A stretch of DNA of 64,000 nt from an uncultured Actinomycetes bacterium (lineage in GTDB: Bacteria; Actinomycetota; UBA4738; HRBIN12), in contig CAVPIB010000001.1 of assembly GCA_963704885.1 (NCBI GenBank), positions 576,001 to 640,000 on the forward strand, given 5' to 3'. Position 1 is the first letter of the stretch, and each line of letters begins with the position of its first letter. The translations under genes were made by a program, and so were the position numbers. Of this stretch, positions 31,773 to 40,740 are shown piece after piece. A model generated the notes under the pieces. It did not search any database. It was not told the origin of the DNA and worked only from the letters and a program-made list of their open reading frames with translations.

Positions 31773-32486
31773 GGCCGGTAGAAATCCTGGCAGAAATCGA
31801 ACCAGGGCCCTGTTCCGGGACACCCGAGTCAAGCGACTCGAGGAGACTTGGTCCCGGTAACGCCGATGTCTCTACGTTGTTGCGGTTTCGGCCCAGACCG
31901 ATTCCGTGTTGGGCTTGTGCCGGGGTTGGGGAAGTCCGGCGGCTAGCCACCCGCTCGGGATCACTTCCAACCCGGCACGTGCCCGGCTTGCTCGATCCAG
32001 CTTCGCATCTCCTGCCCCTGCGCCTCGTTCAGCGACGTCACCTTGACGTAGCGGGTGCGCTCAGTGGTTCCAAGCGGCGGCGGAGGGTCGAATGCCCCAC
32101 CGCCGAAGAAGACGACGTTCACCGAGACGTCGTAGGCGACCATCTCGATGATCCACCCAAGGTTTGGCAACCCGTAGTACGCCTTCTTCCACTTGATCGC
32201 GTAGTGGAGTCCGGGGATCGACTCGCGGATCGATGTATCGAGATGCGTCACGATGGGGTGCAAGTCCGGCATCACGCGCCGGATCCAATCGTCGATGTCG
32301 GCGTGGCTGTCGGAGGGGACGGGCGGCTTTCGTGACGCATTCGGCTTGCGCGATTTCTCCATCGATCCTCCTCCTCTGCGGGATGGTCAGGAGTGGCAAC
32401 TCGGCGTTACCGAATCGCCGATATCCGTTACCAGCTGGTTTGCAACACGGCGTGTGATCTGGGGCGGAAGCGATTTCTACCGCCCC
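31773..32486. mobile_element. non-autonomous ~715 bp element carrying a DUF1801 gene
   Basis: Inverted ends GGCCGGTAGAAAT (31773-31785) / ATTTCTACCGCC (32473-32484) and subterminal CGGTAACGCCGA (31855-31866) / TCGGCGTTACCG (32401-32412). Confidence 0.75.
31961..32362 (-). CDS. DUF1801 (YdhG-like) protein
   Basis: LD..IRE.IPGL.YAIKW..AYYG, VFF.G..FDPPPP; GAGGAGG RBS. Confidence 0.8.
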   Translation of the reverse strand: MEKSRKPNASRKPPVPSDSHADIDDWIRRVMPDLHPIVTHLDTSIRESIPGLHYAIKWKKAYYGLPNLGWIIEMVAYDVSVNVVFFGGGAFDPPPPLGTTERTRYVKVTSLNEAQGQEMRSWIEQAGHVPGWK

Positions 32487-32502
32487 GACCTGGCCCGGCC
32501 CG

Positions 32503-32630
32503 GGCCGGTGGAAGACCTGGCAGGAATCGGCTCCGAGGTGATCACCAACGCGTTCGAGTGTAGCGAGTGGAAGCCGGGCTGGGCATAGTAACGCCATCTT
32601 GGCCTGAAGGGTGCTCGTGCAGCCCTGATC
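32503..32630. repeat. transposon end, copy C
   Basis: GGCCGGTGGAAGACCTGGCAG..CCGAGGT.ATCACCA.CGCGTT..AGTGTAGCGAG..GTAACGCCATCT.GGCCT, colinear with copy A. Confidence 0.8.
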
Positions 32631-32981
32631 CTGCCCGGAGTTGCGGTGGATCGCGAGCGTGACTCGAGCGAGACCTGAAATCCGACCTGCGACGGTCAGC
32701 ACCTCGTCTCGATCACGGGGCGTTATTCGGCATGTGAACCGAATGATGAAGACCGTCTGGGTTTCCCCACGGTTGAGGCGGAACTCTCTGCCGGCCGGGT
32801 ATGGAAGCGAACGCAGACAACCGATCTGGCGCTGGGCGCGGAGCTCATGCGTTCGAGTAACAACCGCCCTCGCGCGCAGCGAGGCCGATCGCAGTCACCC
32901 GAGCATAGTCCCTGCGATAGTGGTGACCGCGTGCCGCCATCATCGGTAGCCCTCAAGAAGCTACCCAGGGAGTCCCCAAAG

Positions 32982-33920
32982 ATGTCGCTGGTTTCCAGAC
33001 TCAAGCCGAACGGACCGAGTGGCTTCGGGTATGGCTCGACCGCCGAGGATGTCACCGAAGGCCTTGACCTGGGCGGTCGGACCTACCTGGTTACCGGTGC
33101 GACCTCCGGGATCGGCTTCGAGACGATGCGGGTGCTGGCGCTGCGCGGCGCCCGAGTGATCGCCGTCGGCCGCACGGAGCAGACCGCGGGCGCCGTGGCC
33201 GCGAGAGTCGTCGGGGCCGCCCTCCCCGTCGCCTGCGAGCTGACCGATCCCTCGTCCACCATGGCGTGCGCCGACTGGCTTCGCGCCGAGGACATCCGCC
33301 TGGACGCGATCATCTGCAACGCCGGCATCATGTCTATCCCGGAGCTCCAGCTGGCCTGCGGCTACGAGTTGCAGTTCTTCAACAACCACATGGGCCACTT
33401 CATCCTGGTCTCGCGCCTTCTCGACTCGCTCACGGCAGACGGCCGCGTCGTGGTCGTGAGCAGCAACGCGCACAAGACCGCCCCGAAGGAAGGGATCGAG
33501 TTCGACAACCTGTCGGGGGAGCGCCGCTATCGACCTGCGAGTTCCTACGCGCAGTCCAAGCTCGCGAACCTGCTATTCGCGAAGGAACTCGCACGCCGCC
33601 TCGGGGACACGGGAAGGACGGCCGATGCGGTTCACCCAGGAGCCGTGAGCACCAACCTGGCTCACCACATGTCAAGAGCGGCGCGAGCCGTGATCGGCGT
33701 CGGGCTACGCATCGCCGGCCCCTTGATGCTGAAGACCATCGGCCAGGGAGCGGCAACACAGTGCTACGTCGCTACCCAACCGGGCTTGAGGGCGACCGGC
33801 GAGTACTTCGTCGACTGCAACATCGCTCAACCCAGCGCGCTTGCCAGCGATGCGGACCTGGCCCGGCGTCTCTGGGAGCGATCCGAACGGATCTCCGGCG
33901 AGGTGCTCTCCGACGCATGA
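32982..33920 (+). CDS. SDR oxidoreductase (retinol dehydrogenase/WWOX-like)
   Basis: VTGATSGIG, CNAGIM, N.MGHF, VSS.AH, YAQSKLAN, VHPG. Confidence 0.9.
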   Translation: MSLVSRLKPNGPSGFGYGSTAEDVTEGLDLGGRTYLVTGATSGIGFETMRVLALRGARVIAVGRTEQTAGAVAARVVGAALPVACELTDPSSTMACADWLRAEDIRLDAIICNAGIMSIPELQLACGYELQFFNNHMGHFILVSRLLDSLTADGRVVVVSSNAHKTAPKEGIEFDNLSGERRYRPASSYAQSKLANLLFAKELARRLGDTGRTADAVHPGAVSTNLAHHMSRAARAVIGVGLRIAGPLMLKTIGQGAATQCYVATQPGLRATGEYFVDCNIAQPSALASDADLARRLWERSERISGEVLSDA

Positions 33921-33957
33921 CCACGATCGCGAACCACGACACCCTAGGAGGTACACC

Positions 33958-34953
33958 ATGAAGGCATGGATCTACCGGAACTACGGCTCACCGGACGTCC
34001 TGAGCTTCGAGGACATCGAGGTCCCGACCCCGAAGGCTGACGAAGTGACGGTGCGGGTGCAGGCGAGCGGCCTGAATGCGGCTGACTGGCACATCATGCG
34101 AGCGGATCCGTTCCTCGCTCGGCTGGCAGTGGGCCTGCGAAAGCCGCGCAAACCCATGATCATCGGCTCAGATCTCGCTGGCACTGTCGAAGCCGTTGGC
34201 TCGAAGGTCACGCGCCTGGCCGTTGGCGACAAGGTCTACGCCGAATCCATGATGAAGGGCGGGTGCGCGGAGGTGATCGTCCTGAACGAGGACCACGTCG
34301 CCCACATGCCGAAGAGCGTGACGTTCGAGCAGGCAGCAGCGGTGCCGATGGCCGCTACCAGCGCACTGGCGGCAGTTCGCGATGATGGCGGCGTGCAGCC
34401 GGGACAGTCGGTGCTGGTCATCGGCGCATCAGGCGGGGTCGGCACGTTCGCGGTGCAGATGGCATACGCCCTTGGGGGGAAGGTCACGGCGGTGTGTCGC
34501 ACCGAGGCGATCGACCTGGTGCGCTCGCTTGGCGCGGAAGAGGTCATCGACTACACCGTTGAGGACCCGACCTCCTCCGGACGCACGTATGACGTCATCG
34601 TGAACATCGGCGGCACCCACTCGCTCAAGGCCCTGCGTGGGACGTTGGCGCCCAAGGGGACCCTGGCAGGGGTCGGCGGCTCCCAACACGGAGGTTTGCT
34701 CGGCCCAGGTTCGGTCGGCACCCGCGGCAAGTTCGTCTCGCCGTTCGTGTCGCAGCAGTTGAAGTCCGTCGGCCGCAAGGGCAACTTCACCGATCTCGGC
34801 ACCATCGCCGAGATGATCGACAAGGGTGACGTGAAGCCCGTGGTCGATCGCGTCTTCCCGTTCAGCGAGACACCGGATGCGATGCGCTACGTCGAGGACG
34901 CACACCCGAAGGGCAAGGTCGTCGTCACTGTCGGGAGCGACTCCGGGTCATAG
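33958..34953 (+). CDS. MDR-family NAD(P)H:quinone oxidoreductase-like protein
   Basis: YGSPDVL, GSDLAG.VEAVG, GASGGVG.FAVQ.A, KGKVV; AGGAGG RBS. Confidence 0.9.
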   Translation: MKAWIYRNYGSPDVLSFEDIEVPTPKADEVTVRVQASGLNAADWHIMRADPFLARLAVGLRKPRKPMIIGSDLAGTVEAVGSKVTRLAVGDKVYAESMMKGGCAEVIVLNEDHVAHMPKSVTFEQAAAVPMAATSALAAVRDDGGVQPGQSVLVIGASGGVGTFAVQMAYALGGKVTAVCRTEAIDLVRSLGAEEVIDYTVEDPTSSGRTYDVIVNIGGTHSLKALRGTLAPKGTLAGVGGSQHGGLLGPGSVGTRGKFVSPFVSQQLKSVGRKGNFTDLGTIAEMIDKGDVKPVVDRVFPFSETPDAMRYVEDAHPKGKVVVTVGSDSGS

Positions 34954-34959
34954 GGGCTC

Positions 34960-35060
34960 GGTCAGGCGCGTACGCATCCCGGATGGGCGACTTCTTGAAC
35001 CCCTTGGCGATCAGGTAGATCCCGAGGAACCCTTCCAAACGATCTCTGGAACCTCGGCTA
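34960..35060 (-). pseudogene. possible DUF4386-like membrane protein C-terminal remnant
   Basis: VPEIV[W]EGFLGIYLIAKGFKK readable across a 1-nt frameshift. Confidence 0.4.
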
Positions 35061-35159
35061 GGAGGCCCGGCGGGCCATAGGTACTTGACGCCCGTCACGG
35101 TCACGGTTTCACGTTCCTGTCAGGGTGGACCGTGTCGATCGACGCGTCATCTGACTAAG

Positions 35160-35453
35160 ATGACCATCATGGTCAGAGCGGGAGACACCGTGGGGGTCGC
35201 GGAAGCCAAGGCCAAGCTGTCCGAGTTGCTGGAGCGTGTCGCGAACGGAGAGCGCATCACGGTCTCCCGGCGGGGCCGTCCCGCAGCCGTGCTCGCGCCA
35301 CCCGATGCCGCATTCGAGCCCGCGGGGCACAACACCGGACTAGCGACGCTTGCTGGCGTCCTGGCGGACTGGCCGGAGCTCGAGGCCGACATGCGCGTGG
35401 TCATGCGCTCGAGGCGCACCGCTCGCGATCGGGCGGTGCCCGACCCGCGGTGA
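35160..35453 (+). CDS. Phd/YefM-family antitoxin
   Basis: VGVAEAKAKLSELLERV..GE.I.V.RRG.P.A.L; overlaps the vapC start. Confidence 0.9.
   Translation: MTIMVRAGDTVGVAEAKAKLSELLERVANGERITVSRRGRPAAVLAPPDAAFEPAGHNTGLATLAGVLADWPELEADMRVVMRSRRTARDRAVPDPR
35161..35175. promoter_or_regulatory. putative TA operator palindrome
   Basis: TGACCAT-C-ATGGTCA at the antitoxin start. Confidence 0.5.
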
Positions 35454-35896
35454 CCACCTACTGTTTCGATACCGACGTACTCTCGGCCACGATGCGCCGC
35501 GATCCGCCGCTCCATCTGATCAGGCTCCTGGCGGCGACTCCCCCGACCGCACAGTGCACCACGTCGATCACGCTCGGCGAGCTCGTCTACGGCGCGGCGA
35601 AAGCCGGGAGCGACCGTCTCGCTGAGCGTGTCCGCGAGCTCGTCAGCGGTGCGGTGCGCGTGGTGTCGTTCGACGCGGCGGCCGCCGAGGTCTACGGGCC
35701 GCTCCGAGCGGCGCTCGAGGCAGGCGGGAAGCGTCTCGCTGAGCCCGATCTCCGCATCGCCTCGATCGCCCTGTCCCTCGACCTCACCTTGGTCACGGGC
35801 AACCTTCGTCACTTCGCCCGAGTGCCCGGCCTGCACGTCGAGGACTGGATCACGGTTCCGCCGGGCACCCGACCGGACCCCGAGCTCCCGAGCTAA
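35450..35896 (+). CDS. vapC: VapC PIN-domain toxin
   Basis: FDTDV, SIT.GEL.YG, DL.IASIAL, LVT.N.RHF..VPGL..EDW. Confidence 0.92.
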   Translation: MTTYCFDTDVLSATMRRDPPLHLIRLLAATPPTAQCTTSITLGELVYGAAKAGSDRLAERVRELVSGAVRVVSFDAAAAEVYGPLRAALEAGGKRLAEPDLRIASIALSLDLTLVTGNLRHFARVPGLHVEDWITVPPGTRPDPELPS

Positions 35897-36046
35897 CCCG
35901 CGGGTCGGGTCACCAGCGTGACCCGCTGGGTGGTGTCTGAGGATGAGCGACCGTTCTCCGCCACGATGTGGGGGAAGGATCGCCCAAGACAAGACGGGAC
36001 TCTAGATGTTGCCCAACGAGCAACCGCCGACCTGGCCCGGTGGATC

Positions 36047-36124
36047 TGGCGCGGGTGACGGGCTTCGATCCCGCGATCTTCGCCTTGACAGGGCGATGAG
36101 GACTCCGGACTCCTCCACACCCGC
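36047..36124 (-). tRNA. tRNA-Asp(GTC)
   Basis: GCGGGTG..TCGCC-CTGTCAA-GGCGA..GCGGG-ATCGAAG-CCCGT-CACCCGCGCCA; atypical T-loop. Confidence 0.9.
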
Positions 36125-36144
36125 GTGTATGTGATTGTGCTGCG

Positions 36145-36217
36145 TGCCCCCAACGGGATTCGAACCCGTGCCGCCGCCTTGAAAGGGCGGTGTCCTAGGC
36201 CGCTAGACGATGGGGGC
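36145..36217 (-). tRNA. tRNA-Glu(TTC)
   Basis: GCCCCCATCGTCTAGCGGCCTAGGACACCGCCCTTTCAAGGCGGCGGCACGGGTTCGAATCCCGTTGGGGGCA; TATACT -10 at 36261-36266. Confidence 0.96.
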
Positions 36218-36291
36218 TTACCCAGCTGCTCAGCGGCCACATCCGAGGCGCAGCCGGAAGAGTATAGCGACGGCGGCGTAGCCCCCACCCG

Positions 36292-36603
36292 CTACGTGCC
36301 AGGACCGAGCCGGTCGCCGACGCGAACGGCGGCGCCGATGTGACACTCGAGCACCCGGCGTGCGCGACGGCAGAACAGGAGCCTTCCGGGACGTGCCCGG
36401 ACCACGCGGAGCACACGCCAGGAGCGATCCAGGAAGACGACCGTGATAGGCAAGCGCATCCCGATCGTGTGCACCGACCGGCAATCTTCCAGAAGCAGGG
36501 CGTCGCGCGGATCTACCCGATGGCGGCCGAGCCATCCGCGTCGCCGCTCCCGCCGCGTCACCGGCCGCTCAGCGCTCCACGGCCCGACTGTCACGCGGTC
36601 CAT
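36292..36603 (-). CDS. DUF192-family protein
   Basis: R..G.LGR, SVHT.GMR.PI.VVFLD, VLE. Confidence 0.8.
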   Translation of the reverse strand: MDRVTVGPWSAERPVTRRERRRGWLGRHRVDPRDALLLEDCRSVHTIGMRLPITVVFLDRSWRVLRVVRARPGRLLFCRRARRVLECHIGAAVRVGDRLGPGT

Positions 36604-36645
36604 CGGCGGAACGTAGCTCCGCGTACCGACACGCCGGTCGCCGAG

Positions 36646-36720
36646 TGGGCCTGGCAGGATTCGAACCTGCGACACGAGGGTTAAAAGCCCCCTGCTCTAA
36701 CCGGGCTGAGCTACAGGCCC
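36646..36720 (-). tRNA. tRNA-Lys(TTT)
   Basis: GGGCCTGTAGCTCAGCCCGGTTAGAGCAGGGGGCTTTTAACCCTCGTGTCGCAGGTTCGAATCCTGCCAGGCCCA; TACAAT -10 at 36730-36735. Confidence 0.96.
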
Positions 36721-36864
36721 TACCGCGGGATTGTACGGACATGCCCTCTGACTTGGGCGTTCTCACTTTCCCGTTACTTCTCGCGGATACCCGACGTTTC
36801 TCTTCATCTTGCGGGCCGCATCGCTCTACAGGTTCAGGGCCCGCCGGGTGTTGAACTGGTCAGG

Positions 36865-37401
36865 ATGGGAGAGGTGGCTGGCCTTCGGCGGATGTGGAAG
36901 GGTCCCGATGAACCGATGGACTCAGAGCCTCCCACCTTCGAGGGTTTCTTCGAGGAGGAGAAGGAACGCCTCCTCCGGATCTTGTCGGTCATCACCGGGC
37001 GCCGGTCCGAGGCGGAGGATCTGGCCCAGGAGGCGTTCACCAAGGTGTTCGAGCGCTGGGACACGGTGGCAGCGATGGCGGACCCTGCGGGGTACCTGCA
37101 CGTGACCGCCATGAACCTGTTCCGCAACCAGTACCGGCGCGCCCGGGTGGCCCTCAGCCGGGCCGGGGGGTTCGGGCCGGAGCAGGACGTGTTCAAGCCC
37201 GTGGAGGATCGGGATGCCGCCGCCCGGGCCCTGGGCGCACTCACGCCCCGGCAGCGCGCCGCCCTGGTGCTGACCGAGGCCCTCGGCTACTCGGGCGAGG
37301 AGGCGGGGCAGCTCCTAGGCATCAAGGCCTCGACCGTGTGGGCGCTCACCCATCAGGCTCGGGCGGCGCTGCAGGGAACCGTGGAGGTGACCGATGCCTA
37401 G
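36865..37401 (+). CDS. ECF sigma factor (module 1)
   Basis: AEDLAQEAF....RW, YL...AMN.FR, LTPRQR.A.VL; start uncertain (36865 or 36916). Confidence 0.9.
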   Translation: MGEVAGLRRMWKGPDEPMDSEPPTFEGFFEEEKERLLRILSVITGRRSEAEDLAQEAFTKVFERWDTVAAMADPAGYLHVTAMNLFRNQYRRARVALSRAGGFGPEQDVFKPVEDRDAAARALGALTPRQRAALVLTEALGYSGEEAGQLLGIKASTVWALTHQARAALQGTVEVTDA

Positions 37402-39364
37402 CGACCGTTCGCTCGTCGAGCGCGAGATGGAGCGCGTTGAGCTCCGCCCGTTCACGCTCGAGGGGTTCCATCGCCGTCGCCAGCGGAAGGAGCGGAACCG
37501 CCGGATCCGCGCGGGCGTCGTTGCCCTCGTCGTCGCGGTCGCAGGGGTCGGCGCGCTCGTTTCGGCCTTCTCCTCGGGCCCCGTCCCTGCGGGCGATCCC
37601 CGCAGCCCCTTCCTGGGCACCTGGGTCTCCACCAGCGACGCCGACGGGGGCACGCAGACGATGATCGTCCGGGTCTCCGCCGATGACGCCGTCGAGATCA
37701 CGGTGACCGACGACGTCGCCTCGGAGTGCTCGGGCACCCCGTCGACGATGACGGGGACCGGACGGATCGAGGCCGGCACGCAGCTCACCATCCCCGCGCC
37801 CGTGTACACGTGCGACGACGGGAGCGAGGCCGAAACCTTGAGCGGGCCTCCGCTCGAGGAACTGCTCCGCGATTGGACCTTGTTCCTCGACCCTCAGACC
37901 GACACCCTCACGGACGGCGTCGGCGGCGTGTGGCTGCGGGAGGGGGCGGAGGTCCCGAGCCCCGATCCGCTCGGGGGGCTCGACGAGGCGCCGTGGGACC
38001 CGAGCCTCTTCGGCGGCACCTGGGTGTCGACGGCCGCCGACACCGGGTTCCTCGGGACGTGGGAATCGACCGATGTGGACGGGAGCTCCCTCCTCCTCGG
38101 GATCCGCCCGTCCGAGGACCCCTCCGGCGGGTACGAGGTCTTGCTCCTCGACGGCGCGCTCGACGGCGCGCAGCCCTGCTACTCCTCGGGGTGGAACAGC
38201 CTCGGCACCGGCCCGATCACCATGACCGGGATCGGGCGGGTCGAGGGACGGGAGCTGGCCATGGACTCCCAGACCTGGTTCTGCGAGGGCGAGCCCGGGC
38301 CGGACGTCGTGACGGGAGACCGGAGCCTCCAGCTAGCGGCCGCCCACACGCCACTCGTCCACGATCCCGAGACCGACACCCTCGTCGGTCCCGCTGGCAG
38401 GACGCCTGGTGCTCCTTCCTGGATGCAGGGTTACGGCGTGGTGTGGCATCGACGCCCTCCCGGGAGCGACCCGCTCGCGGTCCCGTTCTGGGGGGTCTGG
38501 CCCCAGACGAGCGTGGAGGAAGCCCAGGAAGCCCAGCGGCGGGCCGACGCAGGCGACCCCGCATTCACCTGGCAGCTCGCCCCGGAGCTTGCGACCGAGC
38601 CGGTGTCCGAGGGGCTCCCGATCCCCGGGATGGACGCCAAGGACGGTGCGGAGATCGTGGTCCGGTTCTTCCGGGACGTCCTCGGGTGGGACGAGTACCT
38701 GACCGTCGCCAGGCGCAACCCGTATTGGCAAGGGGACGCCGGGTGGTCGTTCGTGCGGATCCGGTGCGGTCCAGGGACGAATCCCCTGTACCCGAACGAC
38801 CCGAACGGAGGGGACTGCCCGCCCACGATCGGCGACACCCACTACGAGACGGTCTCGCTGATGCTCACGCAGCCCGTCCGGAGCGGCCCGTCCGGGATCT
38901 GGGTGGTCACCGGCTGGACGGAGCTCGTCCCATCGGGCGAGCCAGCCAGCGACCTCCGCTACCACGAGTGGGTGAGTCGGCAGTACGAGCAGGTGATCCC
39001 GCCCACCGAGGCCGAGCTGGTGGAAGCCCTCGAGGCGTTCCTATCCGCCAGGGTGGCTGGCGAGGGGGCCGAGGCGTACCTGACCGAGGGGTACTACCGG
39101 CCCCGCCCCTTTGTCCCGCTCCTGTACGCCACGACCGAGGGCCGTCGATACGAGGGGTTCGAGATCGGGAGGGTGGAGGGGCCGGTTTGGCCGGCCGGGG
39201 TCTACGCGGTGACGGTGCGGCTGTTCGCCCGTGGAGGGCAGGACGTCGTGGAGCAGGATTTCGCCGTCTGGCCGGGCTCCGGAGGGCAACTGACGATGGA
39301 CGCGGGGCGGGAGCAGACCAGGGAGAACGGCGAGCCGGTGCCCGACCGTTTCGGCTCGGAGTAG
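37394..39364 (+). CDS. single-pass membrane protein, putative anti-sigma factor with large extracytoplasmic region (module 1)
   Basis: Short basic cytoplasmic N-terminus (RRRQRK.R.RR), TM helix, FLGTW.ST.D.DG repeats, ~290 aa domain shared with 41271-42941; overlaps the sigma gene. Confidence 0.8.
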   Translation: MPSDRSLVEREMERVELRPFTLEGFHRRRQRKERNRRIRAGVVALVVAVAGVGALVSAFSSGPVPAGDPRSPFLGTWVSTSDADGGTQTMIVRVSADDAVEITVTDDVASECSGTPSTMTGTGRIEAGTQLTIPAPVYTCDDGSEAETLSGPPLEELLRDWTLFLDPQTDTLTDGVGGVWLREGAEVPSPDPLGGLDEAPWDPSLFGGTWVSTAADTGFLGTWESTDVDGSSLLLGIRPSEDPSGGYEVLLLDGALDGAQPCYSSGWNSLGTGPITMTGIGRVEGRELAMDSQTWFCEGEPGPDVVTGDRSLQLAAAHTPLVHDPETDTLVGPAGRTPGAPSWMQGYGVVWHRRPPGSDPLAVPFWGVWPQTSVEEAQEAQRRADAGDPAFTWQLAPELATEPVSEGLPIPGMDAKDGAEIVVRFFRDVLGWDEYLTVARRNPYWQGDAGWSFVRIRCGPGTNPLYPNDPNGGDCPPTIGDTHYETVSLMLTQPVRSGPSGIWVVTGWTELVPSGEPASDLRYHEWVSRQYEQVIPPTEAELVEALEAFLSARVAGEGAEAYLTEGYYRPRPFVPLLYATTEGRRYEGFEIGRVEGPVWPAGVYAVTVRLFARGGQDVVEQDFAVWPGSGGQLTMDAGREQTRENGEPVPDRFGSE

Positions 39365-39428
39365 CGGACGCGGAAGATCCGCGGCCCTGAGGAGTCACCG
39401 GGCGACGGGACGACGGGAGGAGGCAAGG

Positions 39429-40625
39429 GTGACTGACCGCGGACGGGTCTCGGCTTTGGCCCTGATGCTCGCGCTGGCGGCATGCACACCGACCTCGGGC
39501 GGCACGGAGACGACGCCCTCGGTCGAGCCAACGGCGTCAAGCGTTCCGTCGCCCTCCCCGACCGAGCAGGCCGAGACGTTCCCGACTGCGGCGTTCGCCG
39601 ACATCAGCGAGGACCCGGTCTCCGAAAGGAAGGCAGCCGGATTCCAAGCGATCCTGACCGACATGGCCGCCTTCAACGGAGCCGGGATGGCGGCCACCGT
39701 GATGACCGCCGACGGCACGTGGAGCGGGGCGACGGGTTCGGCGGACGGCGTTCGAGACGTTCGGGTCGACAGCCAGTTCGGCATCGCGAGCATCACCAAG
39801 TCGGTGATCGCCGCTCAGGTGATGCAGATGGTCGAGGCCGGCGAGCTCTCGCTCGACGCCCCGGCGACCGACTACCTCCCGGCGAATTTCGACTTCGACA
39901 CCAACGCAGCGACGATCCGCCAACTGCTCGACATGTACTCCGGCATCCCGGATTGGTACAGCGACGAGATGGAGATGCGGGTCTCGATGCATCGACGGCG
40001 CGACTGGACGACGGACGAGATCCTGGCACTGGTCCCTCGACATCGTGCTCCCGTCGACGAGACGTTCGAGTACGCGGACACCAACTACAACCTGCTCGGG
40101 CTCGTGATCGAGCACGTGCGCGGGCGACCGCTGGTGGACGTGCTGCGCCACGGCGTGCTTCGCGTCGACGGGACGGAGCGGCTCGTCTACCAGCCCGATG
40201 AGGCCCCCACCGACCCGATGGCCATGCCCGGGGGCGAGTCACGGGCCGCGCTCCAGAAGGGCGGCGGCTACCTCCCATCCCTCTCCGATGCGAGCTCGGC
40301 CGGTCCGGCGGGCGCCATCGCGTCGGACTCGATCTCCCTCGCCCGTTGGTGGCGTGCGTTCTGCGCCGGCGAGATCGTCTCGCAGGACTCGTTGACCGAG
40401 ATGTCGACGTTCGTCGACGGTCCCGACGGCTACGGGCTCGGGGTGTTCAACGTGGCAGATCCGTACGGCGTCGCCGTGGGACACGCCGGCGCCAACTTCG
40501 GATACGTGTCGTGGGCCGGGTGCGCAACCGACGCCGGGGCCGTCATCGTCGTCCTGAGCAACTACACGTTCGAGGACGTCGGCGGGATGGCCAGACCGCT
40601 GATCGACGCTGTTATCGCAGACTGA
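39429..40625 (+). CDS. beta-lactamase-fold serine hydrolase lipoprotein
   Basis: Lipobox LAAC, F.IASITK (SxxK), FEY.DTNY.LLG, YGLG, GHAG. Confidence 0.88.
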   Translation: MTDRGRVSALALMLALAACTPTSGGTETTPSVEPTASSVPSPSPTEQAETFPTAAFADISEDPVSERKAAGFQAILTDMAAFNGAGMAATVMTADGTWSGATGSADGVRDVRVDSQFGIASITKSVIAAQVMQMVEAGELSLDAPATDYLPANFDFDTNAATIRQLLDMYSGIPDWYSDEMEMRVSMHRRRDWTTDEILALVPRHRAPVDETFEYADTNYNLLGLVIEHVRGRPLVDVLRHGVLRVDGTERLVYQPDEAPTDPMAMPGGESRAALQKGGGYLPSLSDASSAGPAGAIASDSISLARWWRAFCAGEIVSQDSLTEMSTFVDGPDGYGLGVFNVADPYGVAVGHAGANFGYVSWAGCATDAGAVIVVLSNYTFEDVGGMARPLIDAVIAD

Positions 40626-40740
40626 CTGGCGGTCCTACGCGGTCGGTTGCCCGAGCACTCCCGAACGTTGCATCGAAGCTCTGCGTCGACCGTTCACCAC
40701 TGGGCTGCCACAGAACGATGCGCTCGCGTGTCAGAAGGAC

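Larger units (their letters stand above)
27516..36029. mobile_element. ~8.5 kb island of tandem transposon relics between tRNA-Asp and tRNA-Phe
   Basis: ACCTGGCC (first 8 nt of tRNA-Phe) at 27508, 32488 and 36030; repeated end sequences; transposase remnant; TA pair; truncated genes. Confidence 0.8.

Noticed and set aside
27518-32630. CRISPR array or integron attC array
   Set aside because: The repeats are few, degenerate, irregularly spaced and occur in inverted pairs; no cas or intI genes.
32641-32981. Short ORFs inside the island upstream of the SDR gene
   Set aside because: No recognisable motif or RBS; probably degraded sequence.
27516-36029. Prophage or integrase-driven genomic island
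   Set aside because: No integrase, phage or conjugation genes; the duplication matches the tRNA 5' end, not the 3' end.
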